A DNA stretch of 63,220 nt, filler included, from Phoronis australis (lineage: Eukaryota > Animalia > Phoronida): the NCBI GenBank assembly GCA_002633005.1. It is 13 parts of 13 records of this genome, joined end to end, with 100 filler letters (N's around TTAATTAATTAA, not from the genome) between each part and the next. Parts side by side here need not be neighbours in the genome. Positions count along the whole stretch, not along the records: positions 1 to 2,204 come from NMRA01003796.1; positions 2,305 to 4,840 come from NMRA01001631.1; positions 4,941 to 8,734 come from NMRA01002838.1; positions 8,835 to 12,995 come from NMRA01002682.1; 9 more parts are not named here. One strand, written 5' to 3'. The position numbers and the translations under genes are program-made. The notes beneath the pieces are model-generated. The model was not told the origin of the DNA. It ran no database searches and saw nothing but the letters and a program-made list of their open reading frames with translations. Below, piece by piece: positions 1 through 13,095 of this stretch (the stretch's first letter is position 1; each line of letters starts with the position of its first letter).

Positions 1-86
1 AGTCTTCAAAGATTACATGGCTTACCTCTGAAGGTGTGAAGTCTTCAATGATTACATGGCTTACCTCTGATGGTGTGAAGTCTTCT
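1..86. repeat. 39-bp tandem duplication spanning the exon/donor junction
   Basis: AGTCTTCAA(A/T)GATTACATGGCTTACCTCTGA(A/T)GGTGTGA occurs twice plus a partial copy; truncated by the window start. Confidence 0.9.
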
Positions 87-673
87 TCTTTAGCTCCAGC
101 TTCTCTCACATAGAATGCTTGGTTTGACTTCATCACTGCATCATCAGGTCTTAACAACATGTAATTGGCTACACATTGACAAGCTTTCTGGACATCCTTC
201 ACTGAAAAAGACAATATTTGTCAAGAGCAAAACAAACTCTATAAAGTGCCAATCAGATAACTGATGCATTATTAACAGTGAAGTGTTCATTACTGATAAA
301 AATAATGTCAACAACTGAATGTAATGTACAACTTCCATTTGAAACGTTAAAAAATTACCACTGCCGAAATTACAGATTTCAAGCCATTATGATGACAGAA
401 GTAACGGTATTCAGGAGGCATCAATATCAAACACTCAATAGCACAAATACAACAGTTGACCAAAGTCTTTTACTCTCCATACAGTTACCTTGAATTTAAC
501 ACTGGTCAATGTAAAACAGTACAATTCCTTGCTGATCAGCTTCTTACCTTGATAGTATGCAAACTGAAGATAATGATGGAAGTCTGCCAACATGTTGTCA
601 ATAGTTTTGTCATGGTAACGCGATAACTTCACATCACAATGGAGTTTACATTTCAAAACATCTGCATAAATAT
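65..673 (-). CDS. CRTAP / prolyl 3-hydroxylase (leprecan) family protein, two internal exons (673-548, 201-65)
   Basis: Spliced translation DIYADVLKCKLHCDVKL...MLADFHHYLQFAYYQ-V-KDVQKACQCVANYMLLRPDDAVMKSNQAFY...EEDFTPSE resembles the CRTAP/P3H 'LxCKxxC...HYLQFAYY...xYLLxxPxDxVMxxNxxYY' region. AG/GT sites are canonical and phases compatible. CRTAP and P3H cannot be distinguished from this fragment. Confidence 0.85.
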
Positions 674-899
674 CTGAAAAGGAACGTAATTCTCGAGGTC
701 TTAGTTCACCTGAGGCACGTTAGCGCAAATCCTTTTCCATGTCAGGAATGGTATAATTTTATAGCAAACCATGTCTGTTTTATTCTAATCAAAAACACAC
801 AAAATAAGAAGAACATACAAAGAGATTTGTGACTAAATTACCCTGAATTTAAAGCAGCCGTCCATACCATCCATAACAGGGCTGCAGGTATCGGAGCAA

Positions 900-1410
900 T
901 ACCGACAAGCAAGGTGAAATTATACCCAGGTAAGTGTATTACCAAATGCAGGTCAGTGCATTATTACACAAAGTCAGCGTATTATTAAAGGCATACTAAA
1001 TTACAAACAGGCCAACATATTACCACACACAGGGCAGGGTATTATTACAACCAGGCTGGAATTTTATAGCAAAAAGGTCAAAATGTTATTACAAGCGGGT
1101 CTGAATTATTACAAGCAGGTTACTCTATCTTTAAAAACAGGTCAGTGTAATGTTACACGCATGTCTGCCTATTATTACAAGCAGGACGACATTAGCAGGT
1201 CAGCATATTACTACAAGCAGGATGGCATCTTATTACACGCAGGTCAGAATATTACAAGCAGCATAGTGTATTATTGCAAGCAGGTCAGAATGTTATAACA
1301 TGCAGGTCAGCGTGTTTTCAAAAGTAGGTCAGCATGTTGTGACCATCATGTGAGCATATTACAACCAGGCCAGCATATCATTACAGGGCAGCTTATTATT
1401 ACAAGCAGGT
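900..1410. repeat. degenerate ~22-bp minisatellite (core ATTATTACAAGCAGGTCAGC)
   Basis: Many imperfect copies of TATTACAAGCAGG(T/C)CAG are visible in tandem. Confidence 0.8.
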
Positions 1411-1675
1411 AAGCAACACCACACAGATGATGGCAGTAAATATATGCCAGTTCATAAACGGTTGTTACCAGAAACTGTCCTAGAAGTATAAGCTTCACTG
1501 ACGACCGAGTACTTCTCTTCACACACGTTTTCACATTTCTCCAGGTCCATCAAGAAGCTGTGAACGGCACGTGACATGTAGTCAATCACATGAAGCCACA
1601 CTCCCTCATGGTACGCTTTCAAGCCATGGATATAGAGGCTCTGGAATTGAACACACATACAGAATACATGTGGAA

Positions 1676-2204
1676 AACAAGAGCAACGTGGAGCGTTGAA
1701 ATGCGCCCACGAATGTATCGCAAATGGTGTGCTTTCAGGGTTATTTATTTGTATCATAAAAATGGCCATTAGATGGCGCAAAACGTACAATCAAAGCAAA
1801 AACGGGAATATGCCATATTATTTCATAAAAATCTGTCAAGAAACTTCAGAGAAACAAAGGAAAACAGAACAAAATGAAATTGCCACTTGTGGGCACAGCG
1901 TCCGTTCCATCCGCCTGAAAGTTGCGTCTGTTATCTTCATGTATGGGTTTTGGAGATACAGCTATGGGCGCAAAACAAAACAAAACTATCAAACGTCCTC
2001 TTCACATTGAAAACATATATGCCAATTTTCAAAACCATTCCTAGAATGATTTGGTTGATCAAGGAGTGGACGCCAAAAACAAAATTTGAAAACAGCAAAA
2101 ATGGCCACCAGGTGGTGCAAAATACCTCGATTCCATCCAAAAACAAGATGATAACATCATCTCACCAACAGATGCCTATATTCAAGATTTTATGAATATC
2201 TGTT
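1676..2204 (-). mobile_element. Helentron/HINE-like repeat, 3' end fragment
   Basis: GAGCAACGTGGAGCGTTGAAATGCGCCC is the reverse complement of the family's 3' subTIR + hairpin; internal CCA(C/T)(T/C)AG(A/G)TGG motifs are shared with the copies at 14675 and 53197. Confidence 0.7.
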
Positions 2205-2304
2205 NNNNNNNNNNNNNNNNNNNNNNNNNNNNNNNNNNNNNNNNNNNNTTAATTAATTAANNNNNNNNNNNNNNNNNNNNNNNNNNNNNNNNNNNNNNNN
2301 NNNN
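2205..2304. other. artificial contig-joining linker (44N-TTAATTAATTAA-44N); same linker at 4841, 8735, 12996, 17158, 23747, 36013, 40058, 44186, 46566, 50838, 57920
   Basis: Identical 100-bp spacer with a six-frame stop cassette occurs 12 times. Confidence 0.98.
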
Positions 2305-3219
2305 TACGACATGCAATCAAGTTTGTTACTTTGTGATTACATATTTTATAGGGTTATCCTCTTCTTTGAAGAAATTTGAAATTGATATGGTCCTGTATTC
2401 GTTGTACGGCTATTGCAAATTTAGTTTTGCATATACACAACATATTTTGCTACCTTTATTTGCTCCCTTCGCGTCAATAGTACTCTACATGACATACATG
2501 TACTGAGGGTTAACAATCAGATTCGATGCTGTGGCGTTATACCCGCACAGCCATTACACGATTTTGTTTCATAAGAAATTATAATCTAACGAGTCTCACA
2601 GTTAGTTGTTGGCGTCATTGGGACAGAAATACCTGTCACACAGTTTTCAGCACCCTGCATGATTAATTGCCTGAACACTTGACCGAGTTTATCGGAATGG
2701 ATCTTATCTTTCAAATTACGGTTTCCTGGCCAGATCACCACCCACAGTTAGAAAACTGCGGTGAAGGGGCCCCAAAACCGGCTGCTGAAATTTTCTGATA
2801 ATTTGCCGCGGACTATAAAACACACCGCCACTTAGACAAGTGATACTTGTGTAATTTTACGGCTAAAGTTCGTGCTCTCCAATTCACTTTCGTCAAGCCT
2901 GAGAAGATTATATCAGCTTTAACTTTTTAAGGGTAAGTGTGCTTTTTTATTGTTTTTAACTTTTAAATTCCCAGTCATATAATCTTTAAACGTCAAAAGA
3001 ATAATAATCTTTGGCTATATAGCTAAAATATTCGGCACACGAGAAAAGGAATATCGTTTCCGTCCCGTGAACAATGTCATATTTTTGATCTGCTAATGAA
3101 AATGGCTGCAACTAAATGGGAAAATGGTAATTGTTTACAATCCGAGCCTTTATTTTATTGAACCGTTCTGCAAAAGTTTTAAAATTCAAAAGTTGATACA
3201 TGTACGTTTTTTATAGACA

Positions 3220-3393
3220 ATGGCTGAAAATGTCATCTCTCGAATACAATCGTTAATCAACGACTTATCCCAGTCCAGCACAACAAATCCATCCAACCAG
3301 CCGTCGACTTCGTCAACCACACCAGCCCCTGGGATGTCAGCTTCCCGGCCGTCTGCCATTCAAGAACACCGCCGACTGTTTGCACGAAACCAG
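3220..3393 (+). CDS. first coding exon of an unidentified gene (MAENVISRIQSLINDL...SAIQEHRRLFARNQ)
   Basis: Acceptor TTTTTATAG ends at 3216, followed by acaATGG (good Kozak) and donor CAG|GTAAGA at 3394. An upstream donor GTAAGT at 2933 suggests a 5'UTR exon. Confidence 0.6.
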
Positions 3394-3740
3394 GTAAGAA
3401 TGTTGGTAATTCAAATGAACAGCCGCCCTTTTTTGTGAGTCATAGCGGCCGGTATGGCGCCGGGTCGATGTTGGACATTCTAAGGAGCCCTTAAAGTTTG
3501 GGGGTCGACTGGCCGGGGTTAATGAAACCCCAGGGAATCGACAGGAAGTCGGCCCTTGGATTGTTGAAAATTTCAAGAGAACAGTTCATTTAAATTCGTT
3601 AACTTAAGAGATACAAAATTCTATTTGTTTTGCCAAAAATGGAACATTTTGTCAAGTATGCGCGCATCATAGTAAAATATAACAAGCTTGCAGTTATACA
3701 GTACATGTATTTAAAATTCTACGCGTATGTCACTGCGCCT

Positions 3741-4149
3741 GGTTGCATGAAACAGTCCCAAATTGGGACTCAACAAAGTTCCCTAAATTTACTGCGTATT
3801 TGAGGGTCTTTGAATACACTGGTTGTCCTGTCTTATGCTGCTTGAGTCGACTAAATCAATTTTATCTTTGATACAAATCGAGAGTGACTTTACGTTGAAT
3901 TCTCATACTATTGAAAATAAGTAGGGATGTTTTCATGTAACGCGCATTCAAGGACTAAGTCCCTAATTGTTTTGACTGAATTAAGGGCTCAATTTTTAGT
4001 TTTATTATTAGAAAATGCCATTAGTGAAAGAAAAGCTCATAATAAAGATAGAATAATATAACAAATATTACATCTGTGCCTAAAGAACCAACAACGATAA
4101 GATTTAGGGAACTTAGTCGAGTCCCTATTTGGCCCTGTTTCATGCGACC
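3741..4149. mobile_element. MITE with ~50-bp terminal inverted repeats
   Basis: Left end GGTTGCATGAAACAGTCCCAAATTGGGACTCAACAAAGTTCCCTAAAT; reverse complement of the right end GGTCGCATGAAACAGGGCCAAATAGGGACTCGACTAAGTTCCCTAAAT. A related copy lies at ~28950-29180. Confidence 0.8.
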
Positions 4150-5298
4150 TGACAATGGAACGTAAAAAACAAAAAATCGAAATTGTCGCATAAAAATCAT
4201 AAAGACAAGACAAGAAGGTGTTTGGGTGATCGAGGGACGTAGTGAAAGTGCCGCTCATGGGGAAAGAATGGGAGAGCACTAAATGGTGACGACTGTGCTT
4301 TATTAGACTAGTCACAAAAACGCGGTCTGGTTGGTCTCTCTGGGCTGGTGGGAAGCATTTTCATTTGGTGCATTGTGATCTCCTCTTTAGATATCCTCAC
4401 GGTATTAAGCTATTATTCTAAATAATTTAATTAATTATTCGATTCTGAATAGTTTAATTAATGATTACTTGTCATTTTTTCGTTTATTTTATTTTGGCAT
4501 TGCTTCTTGCATGAGTAGCAGTTTCTAAAATGGAAATCATTAACAGTGCGTGAAATATGCATAACTGCAAGATGATAAACCTATTTAAAATGCACGTCAG
4601 AAAAAAGAAATGGGACTGTATTTACGGGCTATGTGACGTGTATTGTAAGAGCGTCACGCTGCAAACCGGAGTGGAAAATTAGAAACGAATTAACGTCCAT
4701 TCAAAAAAAACAAAAAACAGTGATACTCAGCACGACTCAAGCGAGATTAAGATTATGCAGGATTCTACACAAGTGTCCAAACTTGGTTAATTTCCTAACA
4801 TCATATCTCAGAAATACCTGATCGGATTCATATGAAACTCNNNNNNNNNNNNNNNNNNNNNNNNNNNNNNNNNNNNNNNNNNNNTTAATTAATTAANNNN
4901 NNNNNNNNNNNNNNNNNNNNNNNNNNNNNNNNNNNNNNNNCGGTATACTGCACGTGTGCAAGAAGGATCATGATGTAGAAATGTGTCTAACATCGGTAAT
5001 GATTACATGACTGCGCCTCTAAATTCCAGTTATGATCTCTAATCCCCAGTTCCGGGGCAACAAACATTAAGCCCATGATACAAATTCTATACCTGCGCTA
5101 AACCCTAAACTCAACACATGCCAAAGATACTACATACTTGGGGACAGATTCCCCATCAGAACACATGGTCTGGGTCTGTAATTTGGTCACCAGGCATGAA
5201 GTATTTTCAGTGCATGTGTGGAATTTGTTCCACAGGGTTTGTATTTATTGGTCCAGGTCTGGGGTTTAGGAGGTATCGAAGCTACAATTTAAAGGGGC

Positions 5299-5402
5299 AA
5301 TAGTCTGATATAACGTGCCTGCATTTTAAGAACCAGTTTGATGCCCATTATTTAGTGGGGAAAACTGGTTCTCAAAATTCGGGCATGTTATATCAGACCA
5401 TT
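5299..5402. repeat. ~100-bp foldback palindrome / mini-MITE
   Basis: Arm AATAGTCTGATATAACGTGCCTGCATTTTAAGAACCAGTTT versus reverse complement of the other arm AATGGTCTGATATAACATGCCCGAATTTTGAGAACCAGTTT. Confidence 0.85.
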
Positions 5403-5691
5403 ACCATTTAAAGGTATGGCCATGGAGTATGCTATCAGCTTTGGACAAAGGGAATGAAAAGTAATAACTAAGGAATATTACATTATAAGCCATCAGGTGA
5501 AACTCACATCAACAAATCTCTTCTCTTGATCACATGCCTCAAAGTAGGATTTGTGCAGAACCCAAGAACCAGTAGCGATGCAGGCCAAAAACTTTTCATT
5601 CCTTGTCGGCGAACCTAAGATGAAACAAAAAAGTTTCATTTTCAAATTCTGACACAATCAAAAACACAATTCAACTATTGATCACTCTTAA

Positions 5692-7658
5692 GGTAGGTGT
5701 ATACACAAAAAATACTTTTGACTGTTTTTTACATATTTATATCATCCTAATCTTCAATTCTTCATGCACAGTATACTGAAGAAAAATAAAACCATTCTGA
5801 AAATCCAAAGTTTTTTTATTAATTATATTTGACCAAGCTTCAGTAAGTCATATGGCTTGAGTGCTCACCAGCTAAGTGACTGACAAGTGGGGCGGAGCTT
5901 ATACCAGGACACTAATTCTAATCTAACCCTGTCAACAAACATTGCGTAACCAGGCAATCGAGAATGCTGTACCAGCTGATATTGATGTTGTAGCAAGGCC
6001 AAAAATAAAATAATTCTATTTTTGACCATGTGAATGTTGGTGGTGAAATGGTGAACTAGCTCCTGTTCCGAACCTGAGCCCATCTGCAAAAAATTAAGTT
6101 GAGTACGCCAAGTTCTACCAAAGCCATCACTGCACTCAGCTTTAGGAGTCAGTGCAGAAATTGTGCGTGCGCAAGAGAAGTCGGAAAGGTGAGGTGGCTT
6201 GCGAGAGGACGCTGAGCATCGACAAGGGTGGTGTTGCACTATTCGATGAGAGTGCATGCATGCGCTGTGAAGACGCCGCGCGCGAGACAACTACATGCCG
6301 TCAGAGTAGAGTTTTTGGAGATAAACCGTGCTTCTGTGCTAGGAATGCGCCATGGAGAAACTAGGCTGACAAACTCAGGGGATTTTTTAACTTGCCGCCA
6401 GCCGTAACCCAAAGAATTAGAGAAATGACCCATTGTTCAACATAACAAAATTGTTCTCCTGCATAGATTCAAACGTATCCCTGAATTAAAACTCATGATA
6501 TTATTATACGATTTTAGTGGAAAGCAAGATAAGAAACTTTGGTAACTTGAGAATCTCACCCAACCAACGCTATTTGTGCTGAAAGTGCTATTTTCCCAAA
6601 GTCCATTTGGTCAAAATGTTGGCGGTACAGGCAAGTGAAAATGTTGAACCATTATGATGAAAGTAGTTCTTTATCCTCGTCGCCAATATTGTTATGTAGA
6701 CAGTAACGCGGCGATTTGATATAACACATATATTGGTTGATGAAGAGATGGTAACTACATATAATATTGGAATACTAACAAATAGGTCTATGTAATACAG
6801 TTAGAGAGTCTTTTACCAATCTGAGTGGAGAGTTCAGATGAGTTGCATAAACAATCAACAAATGGTTTTAATGATATGTGGTCGACACACCAGTACAGCA
6901 GACAATAGATCAACGCTAAGCTCCGCCCACGTGACAGCCATATTTGTTTCGGTCGTCTGTCGTGCTTCACAAGTTCGCAAAAATGATAAAAATTACGCTA
7001 TAAACAAACAGGAATGTCACATTTTCTAAACATGCAGTAAATATCAGCTTTACTTTTAGTACATCAACAAAAATCGGAACAGAATGACCACGCATTCTGA
7101 ACAAATTTTGACCTCAAGTAGCAATCGAAGCCCACTTAACTTCAAAGCCGTATTTCTCGGCTCGTGACTTCACGTTAGTGACAAGATTCTCAGGCCTATT
7201 TTTCCGCAACACGTGGGTCAATTTTTACGAAATTTGCAAATTTGAAATCCTCTAGGACTGAAGCAAAATCCCGTGCCAGGGTTTTTTGATACATGGACCA
7301 GATTTTTAGTTATTAGACGGAAAGTGACCAAACGACAGAAAGTGCCGTGCTTGCCCAAACTCACACGCAAAAAAGGCACAAAATCAAGATCATGATGATT
7401 TTGTACATATATTTGGTATGGATAAGTAGAATATAGCGTAAGGAAACAGTTGATGATAATCCCTGTGCATTTTGATAAAAAATCGAGGTAAAATTGGATT
7501 TTTTGAAAAATATAAAATATGATTTAAAAAAAAAAACGAACTACAATAAAAACATTTTTTCGATTTTTGTCGCTTTCAGAGTCATTTCTAACTAGTTAAA
7601 CCCCTTTTATCCTTATTTTAGATAGGAACCTGGAGATTTGACCAGAGTATAACCTACT
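5692..7658. mobile_element. Kolobok-like non-autonomous DNA transposon
   Basis: TTAA|GGTAGGTGTATAC ... GTATAACCTACT|TTAA: short imperfect TIRs starting with purines, TTAA on both sides, no intact ORF. Confidence 0.55.
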
Positions 7659-8839
7659 TTAAGAAAGTTTAATTTTCTTTTACCAAGACACTAGTTTTTT
7701 TGTAAGCATGGTTGTGTTCTCTTGAGTGAGAAAAAGAAAAAAGAGCTTCCCCTAAGCCGACTCTTCGTCAGGTCTGCCAACACTTACCTACAACCAAGTG
7801 TGTACAGTCTGCATCATAATACAATGAGTCCAGCACCCGCCCACCCAGCTGTTCCACTATGGCCCCATAGTGGTCTCGCTCCTGAAATTGTATTAAGAGT
7901 TGACGTCACGTCGGTATATTCATGTATACGCCGCACTTGACAGTGTACTAAACCAGTGGTTGCATCAACAAACAACATTGAATTTAGACCACAATAATTT
8001 TTAAGCTTGAGAAGACCTGACAGTTGGTTATTGTTTCAGATCAGGCTCATCCAGTTTGCCCATCACAGAGGGTTAACTTCAACCGCCAAATCATGTTGTA
8101 GCCGATTATTTCAACATTCAAGGAATCAGTAGTGCAGTTTAGTAGTTGCCCTTTGTTGAGACAAACGTGTTTAGAACACCACTGTAGTTTCTAGTTGATG
8201 GCTTCACAGACACTTGTACTTGCTGTATAGATTTCAATCATCAGGTGTAGTAATGAATTAAATTGCCAGTGCACAGAACTGTTTACCTGACGAAAACTGT
8301 ACAGAGAATATGAGCAATTGTCTGTGAAGCTGTCCAACAGGAAATACAGTGGTGTTTTTAATCAAGTTTATTCAAGGAATGGATATGAATGCAATGACAC
8401 TGCTTTGGAATAGCAAATACGGTCAAGAAAAAAGCTACTTTTGACACCCGAAACTGGTTTATGGAAGTATTAAATACGATTTGTACTGACAAAAGGTGTT
8501 TTTTCGTTTCCATGTGTTTTCCAGAACATAATTTCCATTTTCCACGTGTTTTAAAGGGCGTAACTTTCAATTTCATTTTCCACAAGCCAGCTATTTTCTC
8601 ACACAAAAGTAGCCATAAAGAGCTCTTTAACTGATTGTAGCCAGGCATAACAGACTGTATGAACAGGCCTCGCAAAATGGCGTGTTTTTATTTACCTTAT
8701 AAAAATTTTGACACGTCTCGATTTACATGGAAATNNNNNNNNNNNNNNNNNNNNNNNNNNNNNNNNNNNNNNNNNNNNTTAATTAATTAANNNNNNNNNN
8801 NNNNNNNNNNNNNNNNNNNNNNNNNNNNNNNNNNGGCCC

Positions 8840-9140
8840 TGACCCAGCGTATATTGACGGTTCTTTCAATTGCAAGCTTGTTAAGCTCATTAATACAAGC
8901 ATTAACACAAGTTGACCCTTAGTTTCTTTGAGGCTTTTATTGCTGCCTGGCTATCTGAAAACTTGGTAATTGGCCGATTGCCAAGTTCAGTGTTATATTG
9001 TTGTGCCAGTTGAGCAGCTCTATTAATTGCAGTGATCTCAGCCTGAAACACCGTGGCAAGATTGCCTAGCGATACCCAGTTTTCTGCATCTGCAACAGGG
9101 AGGCTTGGAAAGTAGACCCCAGCACCTGTAGAAGTAAACA
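8840..9140 (-). pseudogene. non-LTR retrotransposon RNase H fragment
   Basis: TGAGVYF...SLGNLATVFQAEITAI...FSDSQAAIKA matches non-LTR RNase H motifs (GAGV, TVFQAE, SDSQAA). Confidence 0.85.
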
Positions 9141-10249
9141 GTGGGAAGTGTGAAGTTTTCTCCTGAGACGAGTAACCCAAATTACACACAATAATACTAC
9201 CGGGTGAGATCAGCCTCATCTGACGTCAGGTTTGGCGCTTATCCCATAACGACGGCAGTTTTACGTGCGTCTCATGTTTCCGTCTAGGATATTACTTCGC
9301 TAGAGACTTGACTTCTCAAATGTTTACTGTGTGTAATGGTCACGGTCTTTTCACTTTTTAATATCTGGTTATGATTAATTGATACCCTCTTCTTTTCATT
9401 CGTAATGGATTTTGAGGTGATGGGAACAGTTATATTGTTTTACATTTTTGTAATTGTTAAGGGTTAATTCACTTATGACGTAATATAGTTAGGGCTGACA
9501 ATTAAGTCAGGTCAATGATGTTTAATGATTTTTGATGTATGCACGGCAATTACGATGATGTGTTAATTAAATGTGAACACTAGATTAAAAATTTAACAGT
9601 AAGAATGGCACTTCATCATTGACATTTGTCAAGAAAGTCATTCATTCAGCTGCAAACTCAATCACTCAAAATTTGTGCGGGAGCAAGTGCATATTCCAAA
9701 GTTCTATTAAAGAAAATTTTGAAGTCAACCTTAACATCAAAGGGACGCCTCTTTCAACCGGGGAGCCAATACCGAAAACGCTATACATCTGAGCCTATTC
9801 ATTAGGTGCTAACCATATCTATACTGGTGTCTCAATCAAATTGTTTCCAGGCAGGAAGTTTTACACCTATCAGCTTTAAACCTACATAGCGGCAAGTCCT
9901 CATAGCTAGCGCCGAAAGGCATTTTGTCAATTACGCTTCACGAAAAGAGAGATGAGGGCGAAGCCCTTGGACAGCTTCAAGCAAGATCGGATGATCTCTC
10001 CTTCTGCCCTCGCTGTACTTGGTGTGGACGTGGAACAGTCGGCGTGGAACTGGCTGGAAGGTGATGGTGTTCTTCTTCTTTGATTTGACGCTGGCTGGAT
10101 GGCAACAGCGTCGTTGGACTTCATAGAGGCAGTTTGACTTGCATGAGGCCGACTTGGTGGCAACAGCGTTCATGCTTGTCCTAAGTTGTCTTTTTACTGC
10201 CTCGTCGGGACAGTTACCAGTTGAGCAGGGCCAGAACCCTTAGGTACAA

Positions 10250-10542
10250 GCTTGTCACGGAAATTCGGCTTAGTGTGGCTTCGCGTAGTGATTGCAATCT
10301 GTTGGAGACAGATTCATGCAGTATGTCGGTTCGGGAGTACCTGGGCTGCCCGAGAGCAATTCTCTGCGCCCAGTTCTAGATCCTCTGGGGATCATCGATT
10401 GTAGAAGGGGCACAGGTGGAGATGTTGATGGCATCATATTCGAATAGGGGCCTAATAAACATTTTGTAAATCAGCAGTAGGCAGTCGCTCCTAGCGCCCC
10501 ACCCTGTCCCCTTCAATCGATACATAATCTTGACTCTGGTAA
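10250..10542 (-). pseudogene. non-LTR retrotransposon RT C-terminal fragment, decayed
   Basis: Minus-strand translation RVKIMYRLKGTGWGARSDCLLLIYKMFIRPLFEY...QRI*NWAQRIALGQPRYSRTDILH matches the LINE 'LxGxxWGA...YKxxIRPxxEY' motif and contains an in-frame stop. Confidence 0.8.
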
Positions 10543-10696
10543 TTATGCTAAGCTACGTTTATGTACTAGTTACGAAATATTATAAGTGGTGGCCGGCAGG
10601 GGTAGCGAGGGAGCTAGCCCCATCCTGAAAATGCGTTTTAGGGGCGCCAAAATCGCAGAGTTGGGACTCAAAATCACAACTTTTACTGCTTTAAAA

Positions 10697-10727
10697 GCGC
10701 GCGCACACACACACACGCACACACACA
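10697..10727. repeat. (GC)n(CA)n microsatellite
   Basis: GCGCGCGCACACACACACACGCACACACACA. Confidence 0.85.
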
Positions 10728-13095
10728 ATGTTCAGACCGTGAGCTACCCAATCAAGATTTAGATTTATCGTGCAGCGCATAGAGAAATAACCCATTAGAT
10801 TTGGACAAAATTACATAAAATCCGGGCAAATCAAGGAAAACATTGGGCAGGGACCGTGCAATGGAAAAATACGGGAGAAACTATAGATATAATAAATCGC
10901 AGCGCCGACACAAGGAAGGAAGATAACCGGATGGACAAAATTGTTGGCGACCGGGATGAAACGGATGGCGATGAGCCGGGGGGAACACATGTAGTTTCAC
11001 AAATAATTACTCAAGCGAGAACATAACAGACAGGTTAAATTTGAAAAATATGTAAACAATTTAACTGCGGAATGCAGCAGACCAAAAATTGTGTCATCTA
11101 GGCTGGAAACATAAATTCGAATAATTTATCTGCTTTATCATATCACACAACACGTTATGCGGTTTTAGACCCGATGACCGAAAAACATGTCTAAGAAAAA
11201 GTCTGGTTCCTAGAACGGGAAACTGAAAGCTCTCAGAGTCCAAGAAATCAAACAACTGGAATCTTCAAGGGAAATTTTCCTTGCGAAGCAGAAGCAGCTT
11301 CGTCTAATCTATGGCTAAGACTGGAACCAAGCGAACACCTCTTGAAATATCAGACAGCTCAAACTGTAGCCTATCGAGGACGAATCCCACAGTGTCATGT
11401 GTGCATTTGCATCATCAAATATTGTTGGGATCGCCAGTGAGGACATGCGTTAAATGCATGTCTTGAATCATCCACGTCGCAGTTTGGAACTGTAAATGCT
11501 CTAAGCATCGTTGGGCACACTTGTCCCAACCCCCTACCTTTGAGGGGTTTTTTCGGAATAAGCCCCCACAACTTCACTACGCACCCCCCTTAATTTCCAA
11601 TTAAGCGCTCACAGCTCAGGCTGTAACGACCACCCGTAATTTACTTCACTAAATTGAGTTTCAAAACTGTAAGTAGGCCCGCAGACAACTTAGCAAACGG
11701 ACCGTTCGACTATCGGAGTAAGCAGAACAGACACCATAGGCAGAAATAAGATATCAGGATGACAAGGCACCCGCACTTTTGAGACGACGCACCACCATCA
11801 AACGAAGGCCTGCACACGTGGAGAGGCGTGCTTCCGTAAAAAAGTAGAGCACTATGTGAGTATGCAACCTGTGCAGACTACCGTGTGAGGTCACGGTGAG
11901 TCGAAATTAGACAGGCCCGCTGAACGGACAATACAATTCTCGAATTTTTTGCACCGCAAGGCAAAACATGGCATCGCGTCCAATATGCATTATCTTTAAC
12001 GGAAAAGATATCAATTTCGGGCTATAATGCCACGGGATAAATTTCTCAACGAAATAAACAAGAGTTTGATTTCTTTGACGTTATTACCCGTCACTAAACA
12101 TATAATCTTCACACAACAGACGCTTTTCCTATTACCGATATTCATACAGATTTCTGGTTTGGCGCTTTGCCAACATAGTGGTCAAGATCAAATAAGTGGT
12201 GCTAATGAATGAGGTATACAGCCAGTGTGCTCAGCCGCTCTTGACCCATCGACGCTCGTATGTAACTACTCAGATGCCACATAGTATTTGCACTCATCTC
12301 ACAGTCGCATGAAGTTACTGGAATTTACAGGCAACTCAGAAGCATGTTTGCCAAACAATTTCCGTCAAACGATTTAAGGGCTTCCGCTGCAGTTGTAGGC
12401 ACATCTTCCACTTCAAAATTACAGTATTTGGTATTCCTTCGCCTAAGCTCCAGCTCAGACAGTTCCGGAAATGGCAAATCCGACTGGTAGGTGCAGAATT
12501 ACGCGTACATTAACTGAGAATAGGCCTGTTCAACATTTCTTATTTGCATACCAAGCGAAACACTAATCTCAAATAGGGGGGTTGTCCGAGTCCCACGCCC
12601 GTCCCCGGCTACGGGCCTGAGTACCACATTTTTTCGAAGAAAAATGTTCAACTTCTTGGCATATAAATCCAGTCTTTTAGCGCGTGCTATGGAACGAGGT
12701 CTCTACTATTAATTAGCGAATAGATTTTGTAGGGGCAAGTGGGTTAGTTTTGATTCAGCTTTTCTCGGTTGGTTAAGCAGTGAAAATTGTAGTTTTAATT
12801 TAAACAGACATCACGTCAACATCGCAGCAACAAAGCGTCCAAATTTTAATCGTGTAATTATCTTTTCACGGTCAGCACAAACACTTCGATAGCATTAAAA
12901 ACATGGCTGCAACGTTTCTGTCATGTCTCGATAGCATGGGCTGCCTCCGCCCTCCTCCCTGTGGGCAGGGGCGGATCTACGTTTTCAGTAAGGGGNNNNN
13001 NNNNNNNNNNNNNNNNNNNNNNNNNNNNNNNNNNNNNNNTTAATTAATTAANNNNNNNNNNNNNNNNNNNNNNNNNNNNNNNNNNNNNNNNNNNN

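Noticed and set aside
2205-2304. TTAATTAATTAA motif recurring 12 times
   Set aside because: Artificial six-frame-stop linker embedded in Ns; no gene-neighbourhood inference is valid across these joins.
11187-11320. MSKKKSGS*NGKLKALRVQEIKQ..., resembling the N-terminus of a hAT-type transposase
   Set aside because: Short, interrupted by a stop, and no downstream catalytic motifs found; too weak to annotate.
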